Under the pieces are notes generated by a model. It was not told the DNA's origin, ran no database searches, and saw nothing but the letters and a program-made list of their open reading frames with translations. Both the position numbers and the translations under genes were made by a program. 64,000 bases of DNA from Bigelowiella natans CCMP2755 (taxonomy: Eukaryota > Protista > Cercozoa). Positions 15,777 through 29,211 of the stretch are shown in pieces; position 1 is the first letter of the stretch; every line of letters begins with the position of its first letter. The stretch lies in assembly GCA_000320545.1 (NCBI GenBank), contig ADNK01000872.1:1-64000 (forward strand). Reading direction: 5' to 3'.

Positions 15777-17181
15777 TTATTACGACGTACACACATACAC
15801 ACATACACACATAATACCAGTTGGGCTATAATCTTTAAAGATTGCCTCACAACTTCCCTTGTGCTGTACTTCAACCGACTACTAGTAGTGACCGGGGTTC
15901 TTGCTCCAATCACTGATGGTAATCAATCAAGCAATGAATGAATCAATCAATGAATCGATGAATGAGTCGTCACAAGTAAGTAGTGAGGAGGAGTAGGAGG
16001 AGAGGGCAATTCAAACACAAACACAGCTCAGCTACTGCTGCTTTTACCAATAGAATAAAAAGAACAATTATTACCATTAGTATTCGTCATCATCATCATC
16101 CTGCTTCTCCTCCTCCTTTTCATCACCATCGTCATCATCATCTTCTTCTTCTTCTGGGTCGTCATCATTTCCAAAGTATCCATCCCCACCCTCACTTCTT
16201 CTTCATCATCATTTTCTCCCTCCCCTCCACTATTTTCTTGAACTACTCTTCCTCCTACTCCTCCTCCTCGTTCTCTTCCTCCTTGTGCTTTGAAGAAATC
16301 GGTGAGTCGCTGAGTACAAAAGAGAATACGATGCAGCACCCCGAGGAGAGCAGAAGGACTAGCTTCCAACGATAAAATTGAAGCTAATGTATGCATTAAT
16401 TGGCCCCGGAGAGAGCGTAAGTCTCTGCTTGATGGATTATTCATTGAGAAGGAGGAGGAAAAGGTTATGATGACAAAAAATTATGAAATGTTTCAGACAA
16501 AGGATGGGTGAATAAATGTGTGAGAGAAGTATAAAATAAAAAGAAGGAGATATTATGAGAGAAGCACAAGAAGATAGAGAAAAATTATGAATGAATAGTT
16601 AAGGACTGCTACTAAGAATAATAATGCAGCTAGCTGCTGTCTAGAATGAGAGTGGCTGGCGTTTGGTTTTCTTGCTTACTTCTCTCTTGTCATTCGAACC
16701 CCCCCCCCCCCACCCATGTCCTCAATTAATATAACCAACCTTGCAAAGACCCTCCAGGTATTAGTAATGTATCTGTCCATCTTCTTTCCATCATCATCAT
16801 CATCATCTTCTTCTTCTTCTTCATCATCATCACCATCGTCATCATCACTACCACCACCATCGAGATAGATATTGTTCTTGCCATAATATCCTGCTGTTGT
16901 ACTGCTGCTGCTGCTGCTGCTTTCCCTATGGTGATGATGATGTTGTTGTTGTTGATGATGATGAGAACGATGACCGCTATTCATCATCATCATCGTCATC
17001 ATCATCATGCCATCGGTGGCTATTCCAGCTTGTCGCCGTTGTACTAAGTTCGCTGTTTCTCTTGAAGTGGACAACAAGGGGGGGGGTGAGGTGGAAGAAG
17101 GGGAAGAGGAGGAGGACGTTCCAGCCAAAGCAGCAGCCTATGTAAATGTTGGTATATCAGTTGAGAATCACACCACACACA

Positions 17182-17229
<48 letters not shown>

Positions 17230-17255
17230 ACAACTCACTATCGGTGATATTAAGG

Positions 17256-17286
<31 letters not shown>

Positions 17287-17327
17287 CAGTTGGTAGGTGA
17301 TAGATAAAATATATATATGCATATATG

Positions 17328-17375
<48 letters not shown>

Positions 17376-18159
17376 AGTTCATTGAGAACCTGAGCGGCAT
17401 GCTCAAGGGCAGCACAAAGAGCCACAACACCTCCCCCATCATCAATTCCATCTTGATCACAACAATAATAGTCGTCATCATCATTTTTGTTGTTATTGTT
17501 GTTGTTGTTGTGTCCCGGATATAGCAGATTCTGTATCATAGCGGCAGCTACTTCTCTCTCCCTTGATCTCTTTGCCAAAGCACCATTCTCCTCGTCCTCC
17601 CGGTGATTCATATGATGATGATGATGATGATGATGTTGTTGTTGTTCAGGCTGCTGGAGGGTGGTGGTGTGAGAGATATTCGTGCTCATCATCCTTTTCT
17701 TAGTCGAGGAGGAGGAGGAGGACAATTTTCTTTTTGTTTCAGAAGAAAGGTGTTCTCCTCCTCGTTGTTGATTATTCTCTTCTTCCTAATAAGAAAAAGA
17801 AAACCAAGGAGCAAAAAATGAATAAATCACGAATCAATGCAATGCTTGGAATAATGGGTACTACGAGCAAGCAGCCATTGTTATCGCTCACCATCTTAAT
17901 GCATTTCCTGCTATTAAGACACTCATTCATCGCTCATTTAGTATTCTTACTTCTCCTTGTCGTCGTCATCATGAAAAAATTAATATATGCATGCTAACTT
18001 ACTCATTGGTTTTCATTTGACATTTCTATTTTGAGGGAAGAAGGTATTATTATCTTCACCATCATCATCATTATGTTCTTGCTACTTTGTCGTGACTAAC
18101 CTCATCGCTATCATCGGTGCGTTTATTTCCATAATTACCCTTCAGCCGCCGTGCCTTTT

Positions 18160-18197
<38 letters not shown>

Positions 18198-18532
18198 TGT
18201 AGCGGCTGAGGGGTAGGGTTAGGCGTTGTTAGGTTGCTACGACGACGACGACGACGATGACGAGGAGGAGGAGGAGGTTGAGAAAGATGAGTCTTATGGC
18301 TTGGTGCTCCTTCCAAGAATCTATCACCATGATCATCATGATCATCTTTGGAGAGTGATGAGTTCTTCATTGCTTGATTAACATCTCCTGATAGCATCCT
18401 ATTTGTAGTGTGTAGTGGTAGTAGTAGGATCAGCAGTAGCACTAGTTGACATAAAGAAAAGAATGGATGGAGATCCATGGCTGCTACTGTTGTTGTTGGT
18501 TATTTGATTGCTATGTAGCTGTTGTAGAAATG

Positions 18533-18565
<33 letters not shown>

Positions 18566-18654
18566 GTACCTTTGACTGTGGCGGTAGAAGATACGATCTC
18601 CCTCGAGCTCTTGGATCTACCATGTGGGATAATATGTGTGTATGTGTGTGTGTA

Positions 18655-18695
<41 letters not shown>

Positions 18696-18843
18696 AAACT
18701 ACTACCACTACTACAACTACTGTTACTTCTAATACTCAATATTCAGTCGAGTTGATTTGCTGAGATAATAATCAATAAATTAAAACTAAACAATTACTCA
18801 AACCTTGTCCTGGCACTCTTCGAGCCGCCTTTGAAGCTAAATC

Positions 18844-18876
<33 letters not shown>

Positions 18877-19064
18877 AATGATGATGATAACAAGTGAGTG
18901 TTAATTCATCTTTTGCGTTTATGAAGACAACACAGACATCATTTGTGTGGTGTTGTGTGAGATAAAGTTATATTTAAACGTATATTGATCGTTATTGGGG
19001 TGCTGCAGACGTTGATGATACCAAAAGGATACTACTACTATAGACGATGATGATACCAAAAGGA

Positions 19065-19095
<31 letters not shown>

Positions 19096-19904
19096 GCTAC
19101 TTCAAGTAGTGTGTTACTGGCCGCTGTTTTATATATCGATGATGATATTTTCAGATATGAATACAAGTAATGACTCATTGCGTTGATATATCGATATAAT
19201 ATATGTACCACTGCCTTTTCCTTCGCAATCAGAGTCATTTCTTCATTCTGAGCAACTGTTTGGGTTCGTAGCGAGCTTAAGAAGATATTATATATAATAA
19301 TAAACCAAGAAGCAAAAGGAGGGCCTTGTCAGGAGGAGGAGGAGCAGGAGGAGGAGGAGTGGGATTGTGCATCATATTGAGTAGTGGAGAAATTGGTGGT
19401 ATGGCAAGAGCAGCAACCCTTCTCTACTACTACTACTACTTCTACAAACACAGTGCTTGGCTGCTGCTCCTCCCGGGGAATAATAACAATAACAACAACT
19501 TAGTAAGCTGTCCAACAACACCAATGGAGGGATATTGACATATTATGAAAGGAGATTGTAACCGGGGGTATGATGATATATATAAATTGGTGGTTAATAA
19601 CTACTAAAGGACTCCTCATGAAATAATATACTACCTGTTCTCCATTTCAAGTTTTTGCACTAATCGTTTGTTACTCTCCGCAGCTTCACCATCACCGTAT
19701 TCATCATCATCACCACCTGCAGATAATACACCCTCCTCCTTCTTTCCACGTCTCGAGCCTCTCCTATTGCCAAGACTACTACTACTAATCTTGTATTTGT
19801 TTCTCTGCTGATTCTTGCTTATTTCCATAATCATATTGTTGAGGGTTTTGGCAGATTTCACGGCCTTTCGTTCCAGTTGTCCTGCCTTCAGCGTAAGCTC
19901 AGCC

Positions 19905-19935
<31 letters not shown>

Positions 19936-19942
19936 TAACAAG

Positions 19943-19975
<33 letters not shown>

Positions 19976-20925
19976 GGAAGTAGGACGGAGATTTGTGAAG
20001 ACATGATAGTAGTAAGTAACATAGGAAGGGAGATATTTCTGTATTAGTAACATGTGAAAAGAAGTCACAATAGTTGTTGTTGTTGTTGTTGTTGTTGCAG
20101 GCGACTGTAGCAGGGATATTAGAAATGATGGTGGTGGTGGTGGTGGTGCTCTTTTTTTCGTAGTAGCACCTTTTCGCGTTCAAGCTGTGCGATCTTACGT
20201 TGCATCTGACGGTTTGTCTTTACAACCATTGCCTTTTCGCGTTTGGCTTTGTTTATCTCTTTCAGCGACAGGGAAGAAGAAGAAGAGGATAAGGAAGAAG
20301 GAGCTGGTTTATTATTCGGTAAAGATCTAGCGGCTGAGGTCCCTTTCTTGGCTTTAGCTCCGATCATGGCAGCAGCATCCTCTCCATGATTATTATCGAA
20401 CTATTCAATAAGAGAAGAAGAAGAAGAAGAAGAAGAAGAAGAAAAAGAAGTTATGATGTATGTTCAACTCTTGGATACTGTGGTAGTAGCTCTACAGCAC
20501 CAACGATGCTACTTTTACCATTAGATTCATTGCGCACCTTGTCTCGCCGCCTCTCCATCTTCTCATCATTGTCCTTTGAAATTAAATTGTTATCGAGATC
20601 ATTCCTATCGTTGTCCTTTGAAGACAAATTGTTATCGAGATCCATAGCAGCCACCTCATCATCCCCGCTCTTGATGTCTAATTTCAGCTGCTGTTGCTGA
20701 GAATGAAGAGGAGAAGGAGCTCTTTCTGTCGCTGTTGGTTCGTGTTTTTGTTGTCGTTGTTGATGCTGCAGCTGCTGCTGCTTGTCGTGCTGCTGTGCGT
20801 GTTGTTGGATCTTAGATTGTAAGCTATGGAAATCAAACTCGTCACCGAAATCCTCCTCTCCCACCTATGATAATAGGCAAACGAATAAGATGACCATGGC
20901 TTCTTCAGTCAAACAAGAAATTAAG

Positions 20926-20969
<44 letters not shown>

Positions 20970-21095
20970 TACAAAGGATGTGGATGTTGATGATGGGAGA
21001 GGATTAAACACACACACACACACACACACATACAAAGGATGTGGATGTGGTTGATGGGAGAGGAGGCAGCAGCAACAAAGGTGAAGAGTAGATAG

Positions 21096-21131
<36 letters not shown>

Positions 21132-22283
21132 ACTAGCCATAATAATACACCAACAACTTCCTTCTGCGTTACTGGAAGAAGCCATAATAATAACACCTCA
21201 GTAACATAATTTTCTTTTTCTTCTTCTTGTTCACATGCACTGAAGTAAGCATGTTGTTGTTTGTACCCCTGCAACGAGATTGGCGATCTCACTCGCATCG
21301 ATGCTTCCATACACTGTTCCACCCTCGTCTCCAGCATTGTTACCGCTCCTCCTCGCATTTTTGAGGACTGATGGAGAGCATGGGGATTGAAGCAGCATAT
21401 TATTTGAAGTAGGGGCAGGACGAGAAGCAGCTGTTATCATTGCTGTGTCGTTGGAGTCCTTGCTAGGAGGAGGAGGAGGAGGGGGAAAGCTGTGGTATAT
21501 GAAGTTGAGCCGGGCTTGAGTAGTTTGGAGGTCTGCAGTAGTGATCGATTGGGGGTGAGCACCCCCAGCCGTACAACTACTACTACTACTGGTACCGCTG
21601 CTCCTAGGTCGGAGTCGAATTCCTACTGATGGTGAAGATGATGATTTCTCACGATGACGCTTCATAACGTTGTTGCTGTCTGCTGGAATTGGGAGGGAGA
21701 GCAACTCGTCCTCGAAGCCGTCGCCCTATGTGAGTGATAATATAGGTTCGAAGGGGTTGTTGTTCCAGTGATAGAAGTAGTAGTAGTGATGATAATGATA
21801 ATGCTGTATGATCATCACTTCAAAAATTATGACCTCTTTTTGAATCTCTCTTTTTGAATACCTCTCTCTCTCCTTCTCCCCCCCCTCCCCCCCCCTTCTC
21901 ATACACATTCACTTTCATGCATAGGGGATCAAAGTAAGGTTTTGCATTGTCATGAGATAATAGCCTCTTCTAAACCTCGTCATCGTAGTACTCGATGATA
22001 TCATCATCGGGAACGAAAGCAGGCTGTCTTACTACGGGCCCCTGATAATTTGTACAATTGTACCGTTCTTTTAGGATTAGTTCCAATGAGGACGCTAATT
22101 TACATATTGATAATCTTTGGTTGGGATTTCGATCTTCGTACAAGAAGTTGTTGTTGTTACCATCGCTTTGACTCCAATACGCTGGTTCCCAAAGATTGAT
22201 TTCCGCCTTGGTGTGGATCTTTTTTGCTTATCCTTTCGAGAAGATGAACTGCCAGAAAAACGCCTTGGTATGCTATTCTTCAT
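10197..22283 (-). CDS. Large multi-exon hypothetical protein rich in homopolymer runs (may be more than one gene)
   Basis: Candidate ATG at 22283 (MKNSIPRRFSGS). Many protein-like exons are bounded by GT-AG, including coiled-coil KEINKAKREKAMVVKTNRQMQRKIAQLEREK and helical LRSLRGQLMHTLASILSLEASPSALLGVLHRILF and CTLKLRIVELLAFMVQQ. Candidate end ...IAEDEE* at 10197. No family recognised. Confidence 0.45.
11050..21900. repeat. Very dense microsatellite tract: (TA)n, (CA)n, (GA)n, (TAG/CTA)n, (ATC/GAT)n, (AAC)n, (GAA)n
   Basis: Dozens of di- and trinucleotide runs are visible; dinucleotide runs lie mostly in introns, trinucleotide runs in both introns and exons. Confidence 0.95.
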
Positions 22284-22789
22284 TGTTATCGAAGGACTAA
22301 ATGGCAGTCTTTGTTCTGCCTGGAGAATACACACATGTGTGTCACCAGATTGAGCTCATCATTCATTCAGAATATGTGCACTGTCATTTCTAGTCCAAAA
22401 ATACCGATCTCGTGCGATTTTCTGGCAGCCGCTCCCGCCCCCTGTCATCAAATTCAGGCCTACGCGACAATGGTGTTCGTCTCATTGCCTTGATCCCATG
22501 CACAAGCACGTGGGAAAAGAAGGGAAGGGGGTTCGGGCGGGAACGAGTTTCTGTTCGATTACCTGGGGCAAGATTCATGTATTTTCTAAGCTACGACAAC
22601 ACAATATGAAGGACATTCTGAATTTGATTTGACAAATGTCGCATGTCCTTTTTTCCCTGAATTTTATACTGAAATCTACCGGTAGACCTATAAGAAAGAT
22701 GAAAAAAAAGAAGAAAAAGAATGAACACAGTGTAGGTGTTCAGGCGTTCCTCGAAATCATATTGACCTAAAAAAACGCATGGTTTTTGT

Positions 22790-23870
22790 TGCCATCTGGG
22801 CAGTTGACACTCTGGATGATTTCCTGACACCCCTTTGGATGATTTCCTGGTTGATGATGTCCCCAAATTGAGTGAGCGAACATCAACACTCAATGCAGCA
22901 CGCGCAAGCGCATTCGGACGGTCGACGATCAGACGATCAGACATCCACACCCACTCTATTCATGACCAATGCTGACCCTAATGCTGGAATGGTCCTTTCA
23001 ACCGCTCCTGTGGAATCGTTTCATTCCACAATTCATTGCTTCATTCATGCGCACGCTGCATTTCAACCACCGCAACGGAATCGCTTCATTCATTCATCTG
23101 GTCAGCTGCTGGCGCATGGAAACACTTCTGGTCACAGAAGGCCTCCTTGAACTGGCTTTCCTAGTTTCGATGATCCCGCGTTTCTCTTCGATGACAAGGA
23201 CTTCCTTCTTGCCACGCACGAAATCAAGGGCGTCGCGGCGGGCCAGCGGCCAGACACATGCCGATCTTGCAGATGTCGATGCCATGCTAGCATGGCTAGA
23301 TGGGCGCGGCATTTCGCTTCGCTAGCTTCGTCCATCCCGAGCAGCCGCCTGCACTTCTCCAGTTCTTTTTGTCTTCACGTGAGCGTTCACTCGTCAGCGC
23401 TCTAGCATCATCACATCACACGTTGCACAGTCTAGCAGTCCGCCGGCCATCGCAAGTGGTGCACGGGGGAAGCCAAGGCGCCAATCGCATCTAGTAGTTT
23501 TGATGCGATGTGCCCGTGGCGCAGTGCACCTTCACGTGCTGACGGACGTCGTCCACTGCGCTGGACCGCGCTAGCGCGTGGCTTCTGCTGCAGCGAGCCG
23601 ACTAGCTAGCCGAGCAGCAGCAGTCGTGCCTGCATGTAACAATCATTCTCATCTAGACATGCACAACACCCAGCTAGCCAGCTCGCACAAAATAAATGCA
23701 ATCATTTTTGATCCAAACATTGGTCTAGATCGAAGTGATGGTCAAGCATGCACAGTCTAAACGGCAGCTTGCACCAAGGCTAGACCGCTAGACCGGTGTG
23801 CTAGCATGCCCATGCAATTTGAAACAAGACAAGCCAGCTAGCAAGTGCCACGGCGTGTTGCAAAGTCTCA
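22790..23870. other. CTAG-insertion / TpA-depleted island B
   Basis: Perfect units TTTC (23157), CATG (23283), ATGG (23292), CTTCG (23317), CAGT (23428), CGCG (23567), CCAG (23670) and ACCG (23784), plus CCGA-CTAGCTAG-CCGA (23598). Almost no TpA outside CTAG. Confidence 0.9.
23131..23347 (-). pseudogene. Relic of a bacterial-type indolepyruvate ferredoxin oxidoreductase-family gene (61 codons)
   Basis: Deleting four CTAG+duplication units (9, 8, 8 and 8 nt) and one extra base gives RLLGMDEAKCRAHGIDICKIGMVWPLARRDALDFVRGKKEVLVIEEKRGIIESQFKEAFCD. From memory this matches the family motif YKxGMxWPL...EVLVxEEKRxxIExQxK. Codons are GC3-rich, unlike the host genes. Confidence 0.8.
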
Positions 23871-23957
23871 ATGAAGAAAGCTATTTATGCTACTTCATCA
23901 CAATCTGTGCAGGCTGCGAGAAAGCTTAGGCCACAAAATTCATGTTCTTCAATGGAT

Positions 23958-26700
23958 CTACTCTGCATTTACGTCCTCTTTTTTTCGCTTGGCCTTGTAA
24001 AAATCTGCAAATATCTGTGCTTTTCCACTCCCCTCCCGCTTGATCTGTGTGAGAGGACTTGGCGATAAGTCCATTGAATAATTTGACAGGGCAGTTTCCA
24101 TTCCCTTAATCTTGTCCTCATCCACAAGAACAGCACCCAGTTCGGATGTGTAGTGTGTTGTATTTGGGAAGTTGCCTATTAATATTGACAAAGAGTGACG
24201 ACCATTTGCACTTAGCTACTGCTGTATTAGATGCATTTTTTTAAAAGTGAATCTTGCCGCTATCAAAGAAAGAAGAAAGGTTACCTATATCGTACTCTTT
24301 GTATACCCACGCAACAATCTCTTCACCTGTCTGGTTCTGAATACAAAACAATAAGACTCATGGTAGTATCGGTGGCATTTTGTAAGGAATGTTAAAAAAA
24401 GAATAAGTAACAGAAAATATCCATTATCACCAAATTCTACAGATTGTTAATGTAAGTTGATATAAAAATGGAGCAGTGACAGCAGCAGTCTTAATTACCT
24501 TATACTCGTAATTCAGATCAATAGCATATTGTAATGCAGGTATACCAGTCTTATCAGTGATCCTTTTTGAAAGAAGGAATTAAGATTATTCAAGCCTATT
24601 TCCAAACAGATTACATAATAATGAGTATAAATGACGCTTCGCATATCACTCACTCATTCTGCCAGACGTTGAGAGTCCGTAGAGCAAGGTTCTTCACCAG
24701 AGCTTTGGAGATGGCAATTGCTACATCCAAGATGAATAAGATGAAGGATTCGAATAAAGCTAGGGTAGTAGTATGTTACCTCCTTCATCCCTTATAGTGT
24801 TATCTCTGAGGTCAAGAACCTCCAGCCTTATTAGAAGAACGGTTCAAAAAAGAGCATTCATGGAGATGACGAACGGGCGAACTTTAAACATTTAAACATC
24901 CTCTAAGCTTCGTCTTCTAGTTAAACAATATCGACCGATCATTGACACGAAGTGCTTCTGCAAGGGCAGCAGCTCCTCTAGGACCTTTTTACACACACAC
25001 ACACACACACAACAACAACAACACATGCCATAAGCACTTAATAGCCGCCGCGAACAAATCATGATGCAGGTGTATAGAAAGAAGCATATCGACATCATGT
25101 CCGTTATTTCAACCTATATCACAGTCTGCAATGTTTAGATCTTCCAGGTAATCGTTCTCACGCAGCATTTCCGCCAGTGCTATCTGAGATTATGATGATG
25201 ATGATAAAAAACAAGAAGATAATAGTAAGGGTTTGTGCAGTTGTGTGCATTTTCGTGTTCGTATTCGTGAGAAGACGAATTGGATCAATCATGTGCCAAT
25301 GCAGCATCAGTGTCAAAATTGATGAATTTAATGCGACCGAACTGCTGCTACCACTACTCCTAATATACAACTGTAATAATATTATCATTAATAATAATAC
25401 AATACAATAATGTAATGTGACTTACCGCTCCATCATCTCCTATCTTATTATGCCAGAGACATAATTTACTGAAAACAGAAGTAGTTGTAGTAGTATTAGT
25501 AGTGAATTATGACTCAGTGGAGACCTAAGTGAATGTTGTTGTATAAGTTCCAGCGTTATACCTTATTAATGAGCTAAACGTTTTGTAAAATAATAGTCGT
25601 ATCGTATGATAATTCTTCTCGTAGTCATTCTCAGAGTATTAGGAGAGATTTGCTAAGTTACCGTAAGCGTGTATTTTTCATTAAAGCTTGGCTTATATCT
25701 GATGACAGAATATGCGTGATCGTGAGCATAGTGTGTTGGTATGCTCGAAGCAACAAAAAAAGGTGACTATGGCCATGGCACTGATGATAAATGTGATGGT
25801 CGACGATGACGTAATATCCAATTCGTGTTCGTGGTTCAATTAATACATTTCGCTCCAACAGCGGTAATTTGATTTCCATAAAGGCTCAGAGTGTCCAAGT
25901 CATTATTTTCCTGAAACCAAAAAATGTGATCATCTTATTAATTATGGTAATAATGATGGTGGTTATGAAAACAATGCTATTTACTTCGAGAGCATCCGCC
26001 AGGTACTTAGCACCAACGTCACTGATGTGCTGATGCGTCAATTTTAACACCTCTAACGCTGGGTTTCGTGTTAGCATTTCGGCAATGGGCTCTGTCTATG
26101 AGAACAGACGAAAAACAAATAAACAAAAACAATAACAAGCATACTATTCAACATAAACGTATAAACTACTCATTATTAGGAAAAATACGGTATTGAACAC
26201 CAATTGTACAGTATAACAAATAATACAACTACAACCACCATGATTATTAACATCATTAGTGTATGTAGGAGTAGTAGATAGATACCCCAACGTCCCACAA
26301 TGAGTTTTCGTGGAGAACGAGCTCATTCACCCGTCCATCTTTCTCCATTAACTAGATTATACAATTTAAACAACAATTAAAACTTAAACTTGAAAAATGT
26401 TTATCTGACTTAAACAAAATAGGCATTAGTGGTAACGCTAAAAGGTTTATCTGATTTGAACAAGATAGGCATTAGTAGTAACGCCAACATTCGCTATAGC
26501 TTGTCCCCATTCGCCCTCGTACATATCAAAATGTAGAATGTACACAGTTCTTCCTGTAAGCAAAGAGAGAGAATCAATTGTGCATTTATGTAATGCACTG
26601 CTACCCATCTCCTACCTACCTACCTCTATTGGTGAAGAAGCCAAGCTTTTGGCACCTAGAGACTAATTCCTCTAATGTTCGTCCGTGTGCTTTCTGAATC
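23958..26700 (-). CDS. Leucine-rich repeat protein (ribonuclease-inhibitor-like LRRs), multi-exon; 5' end unresolved
   Basis: Exon peptides ELVLHENSLWDVG, LEVLKLTHQHISDVGAKYLADALE, LDTLSLYGNQITAVG, LCLWHNKIGDDG, LEVLDLRDNTIRDEG and ISKALVKNLALRTLNVWQN. Last exon ends KKEDVNAE* at 23958. Confidence 0.8.
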
Positions 26701-27029
26701 AAAAGATTATTCAGCACTTATTGTTGTCCACGATGACTGCTTGTTTACGATACAGATGTCATCATGTTGAACGATATTTCATCGTAAATGTCTCATTGGT
26801 TTTTGAAGATAGGGCATGGGGAAAAGTGGAAATGAGCTAGCAAGCAAGTTACCTCTATTGAGGTTAAGTTTTCATCCAGTCTATCCCCCATATATTCATC
26901 GTAGACGTCATCATCAGTCCACAAACCCCGTTTCCATTCCTCGAAATGTCCTTGAATTTTATAAACAATTAAGATCTATTAATTATCCAGTAATCATTAC
27001 CAGAATATAAATGAATAAATCATCAGACC

Positions 27030-27296
27030 TTCACCATCCATATCTTCGACCCACCAAGCGTACTCCTGCCGATCAAGCTTTGATCCTGGATGTCATTAAA
27101 ATCATGAACAAAACGTTTGGAAAAAGTGACTGAAGAACGCTCCTTTATTTCCACTTTCTATATAATGTGCATGTTATACTCCTATCAACTTTCATGCAAT
27201 CCAACGTGTAATTTAAAATGATACAATATGTATTCTTGAAGCACACCGCCCACCCATCCACCCCCACTCACATACACACAGAATTAAACTGAAAAA

Positions 27297-27378
<82 letters not shown>

Positions 27379-28110
27379 ATATTGTATATTTATAATTGTT
27401 TTTTTTTAAAAAGCTAATAAGATTTTTTAATGCTAATAAGAGACCAAGTTCCTCGCGATGCCATATTCTTTCTCCACGATGACAATTAACTGAAGAGTCT
27501 CTTACATTCTACAGTAAATAGAGCACAGTACCCGCATGTATGGTCCTCAATAATATGAAAATTTCAGCATTATTTGAAAAATCGCAGCCATTTACCAGTT
27601 GAACAGGGCGAAAAGGATCCAGCAAGCGTTTTGAACGTAGCCATGAGGGTCGATGCCGCTGCTGAACTTTACTCCAACGTTGGCCCCATTTGCCTCCAGC
27701 ATCGGTGGTGACTAAAATCCAACATCATTTTGTGCATAAGAATCCTGCGAAAGGATTGTGAATGCTGCTTCTATATGTCATATATGCAACAATCCGGATA
27801 TGTAATATAATCAACAACCCATATATTTGGAGGGAGTCTTCTCCAACATCGCCATCATGACCAAATTGTTGGGCCTGTAAGTTACGCTCAAAACACTAAC
27901 GATGGTGATGATCCACGCGACACCGAACACGCCATAGCATTCCATAGGCGCCAATGATTTATGGATTCGGTATTGTGGATCCCGCCGACACAGCAGAGAG
28001 GACAAGCCGATCATCATTAACTACCGCCACCACACCACAGCTGCACCGATGATAAGGCAATTGTGCACCTCTCTCTCCTCGATGCAGCCCCTTGTGCCGT
28101 ACCGCAGACT
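27030..28110 (-). CDS. Hypothetical exons with hydrophobic segments (separate gene or 5' part of the LRR gene)
   Basis: ORF 27811-28017 contains a TM-like stretch, YGVFGVAWIITIVSVLSV. Neighbouring segments have GT-AG boundaries. Confidence 0.35.
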
Positions 28111-29211
28111 GCAGAAACACACATGACACCGTAAAATTACAAAAAAAAAGGGGAAAATATCATTGTCTTTGTTTCATAGTATATTTCATCCCTGTACTCC
28201 GACACAACGAGATAGCAAATAGTGATTCTTAATATTAAATGACATTATTATTGATCGTACGTCACATGTTTATTTTCTGGATTCAAATAAAATGCCCTTC
28301 AAGCTTGGACAGCGGCCAAAAACTATTTTCTGGGGGTAATATTAATTCGGTTGAATCAGGACATCACGAGACTTGTCGCAGAAAAATAATATCCTGTATT
28401 TTATATTATATGTGAGCATGAGATTTAAATATTAGAAATAGTTTTGCTTAGCGTCTGCCAAAATCGTATAGTAAAATAAGACGACAGAAATAATATTGCA
28501 AAGTGATGTGGAAACAGTGGTATGTGATACAATTCATCAATATTTAAAACCTGAAACTTACTTTGGTGAAGGCAACAACAACCACTCAATTTAAATCCCA
28601 AGCAATTAATTTGCTGAAGGAGTATGTTTTCCTAAGATGTTTGCGTATATTCTTGAAAACATGTACAAATGTCCCATATTCCTGTCCAACTAAATCCAAA
28701 AGAAACCCAAAAAATTCTGAAAATATCCCTTACCCAAAGCTTTCTTGGTGATATTTTTTTGGTCTATTAAACTTCATCGTATGTTTGAAGTTAACGACGT
28801 TGAATGTCATTTGTCACATACAAGAAATCTAAGGCATACTTTCGAGCGAAAAATATGGCGGGGAAACCGCAAAAATCTATTTCTCGATTGAAAGCTGAGA
28901 GGGAGGTGTGTTTGTGAGCTTCTGATTCCCCTTCGTTCCCTTGCCTCCTCTCTTAAGGTTGACCTCCCAGAAGACGTAATTTATTATTGTTAGAACGGGT
29001 TTTATGAGTAGAATCTGGATTTGAGGCGTACCATCCTTACATCCTTTCTTAAATTTTTCTTCTCCTGCTGTGTGAATCTTTCAGCACCTATGAGATGCTT
29101 AATTTGCTTGACAAATATTTTTGAAAAGTGGAGAGAATAGTCCAGAGAGAATAAATGGTTTATTAATTGTTCAAATTTATTTTACCTTGAATTAATGTTT
29201 TCGTTGCAGAA

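Noticed and set aside
12064-18763. Plus-strand low-complexity ORFs
   Set aside because: They are microsatellite translations. Splice signals and protein-like exons are on the minus strand.
23157-23808. CTAG as Helitron 3' ends or as a fixed transposon target site
   Set aside because: Helitrons make no target duplication and no element bodies or subterminal hairpins are seen. Here the flank is duplicated, not the CTAG.
26402-26485. 47-bp-period imperfect repeat within the LRR gene region
   Set aside because: It is an ordinary local duplication with no element features.
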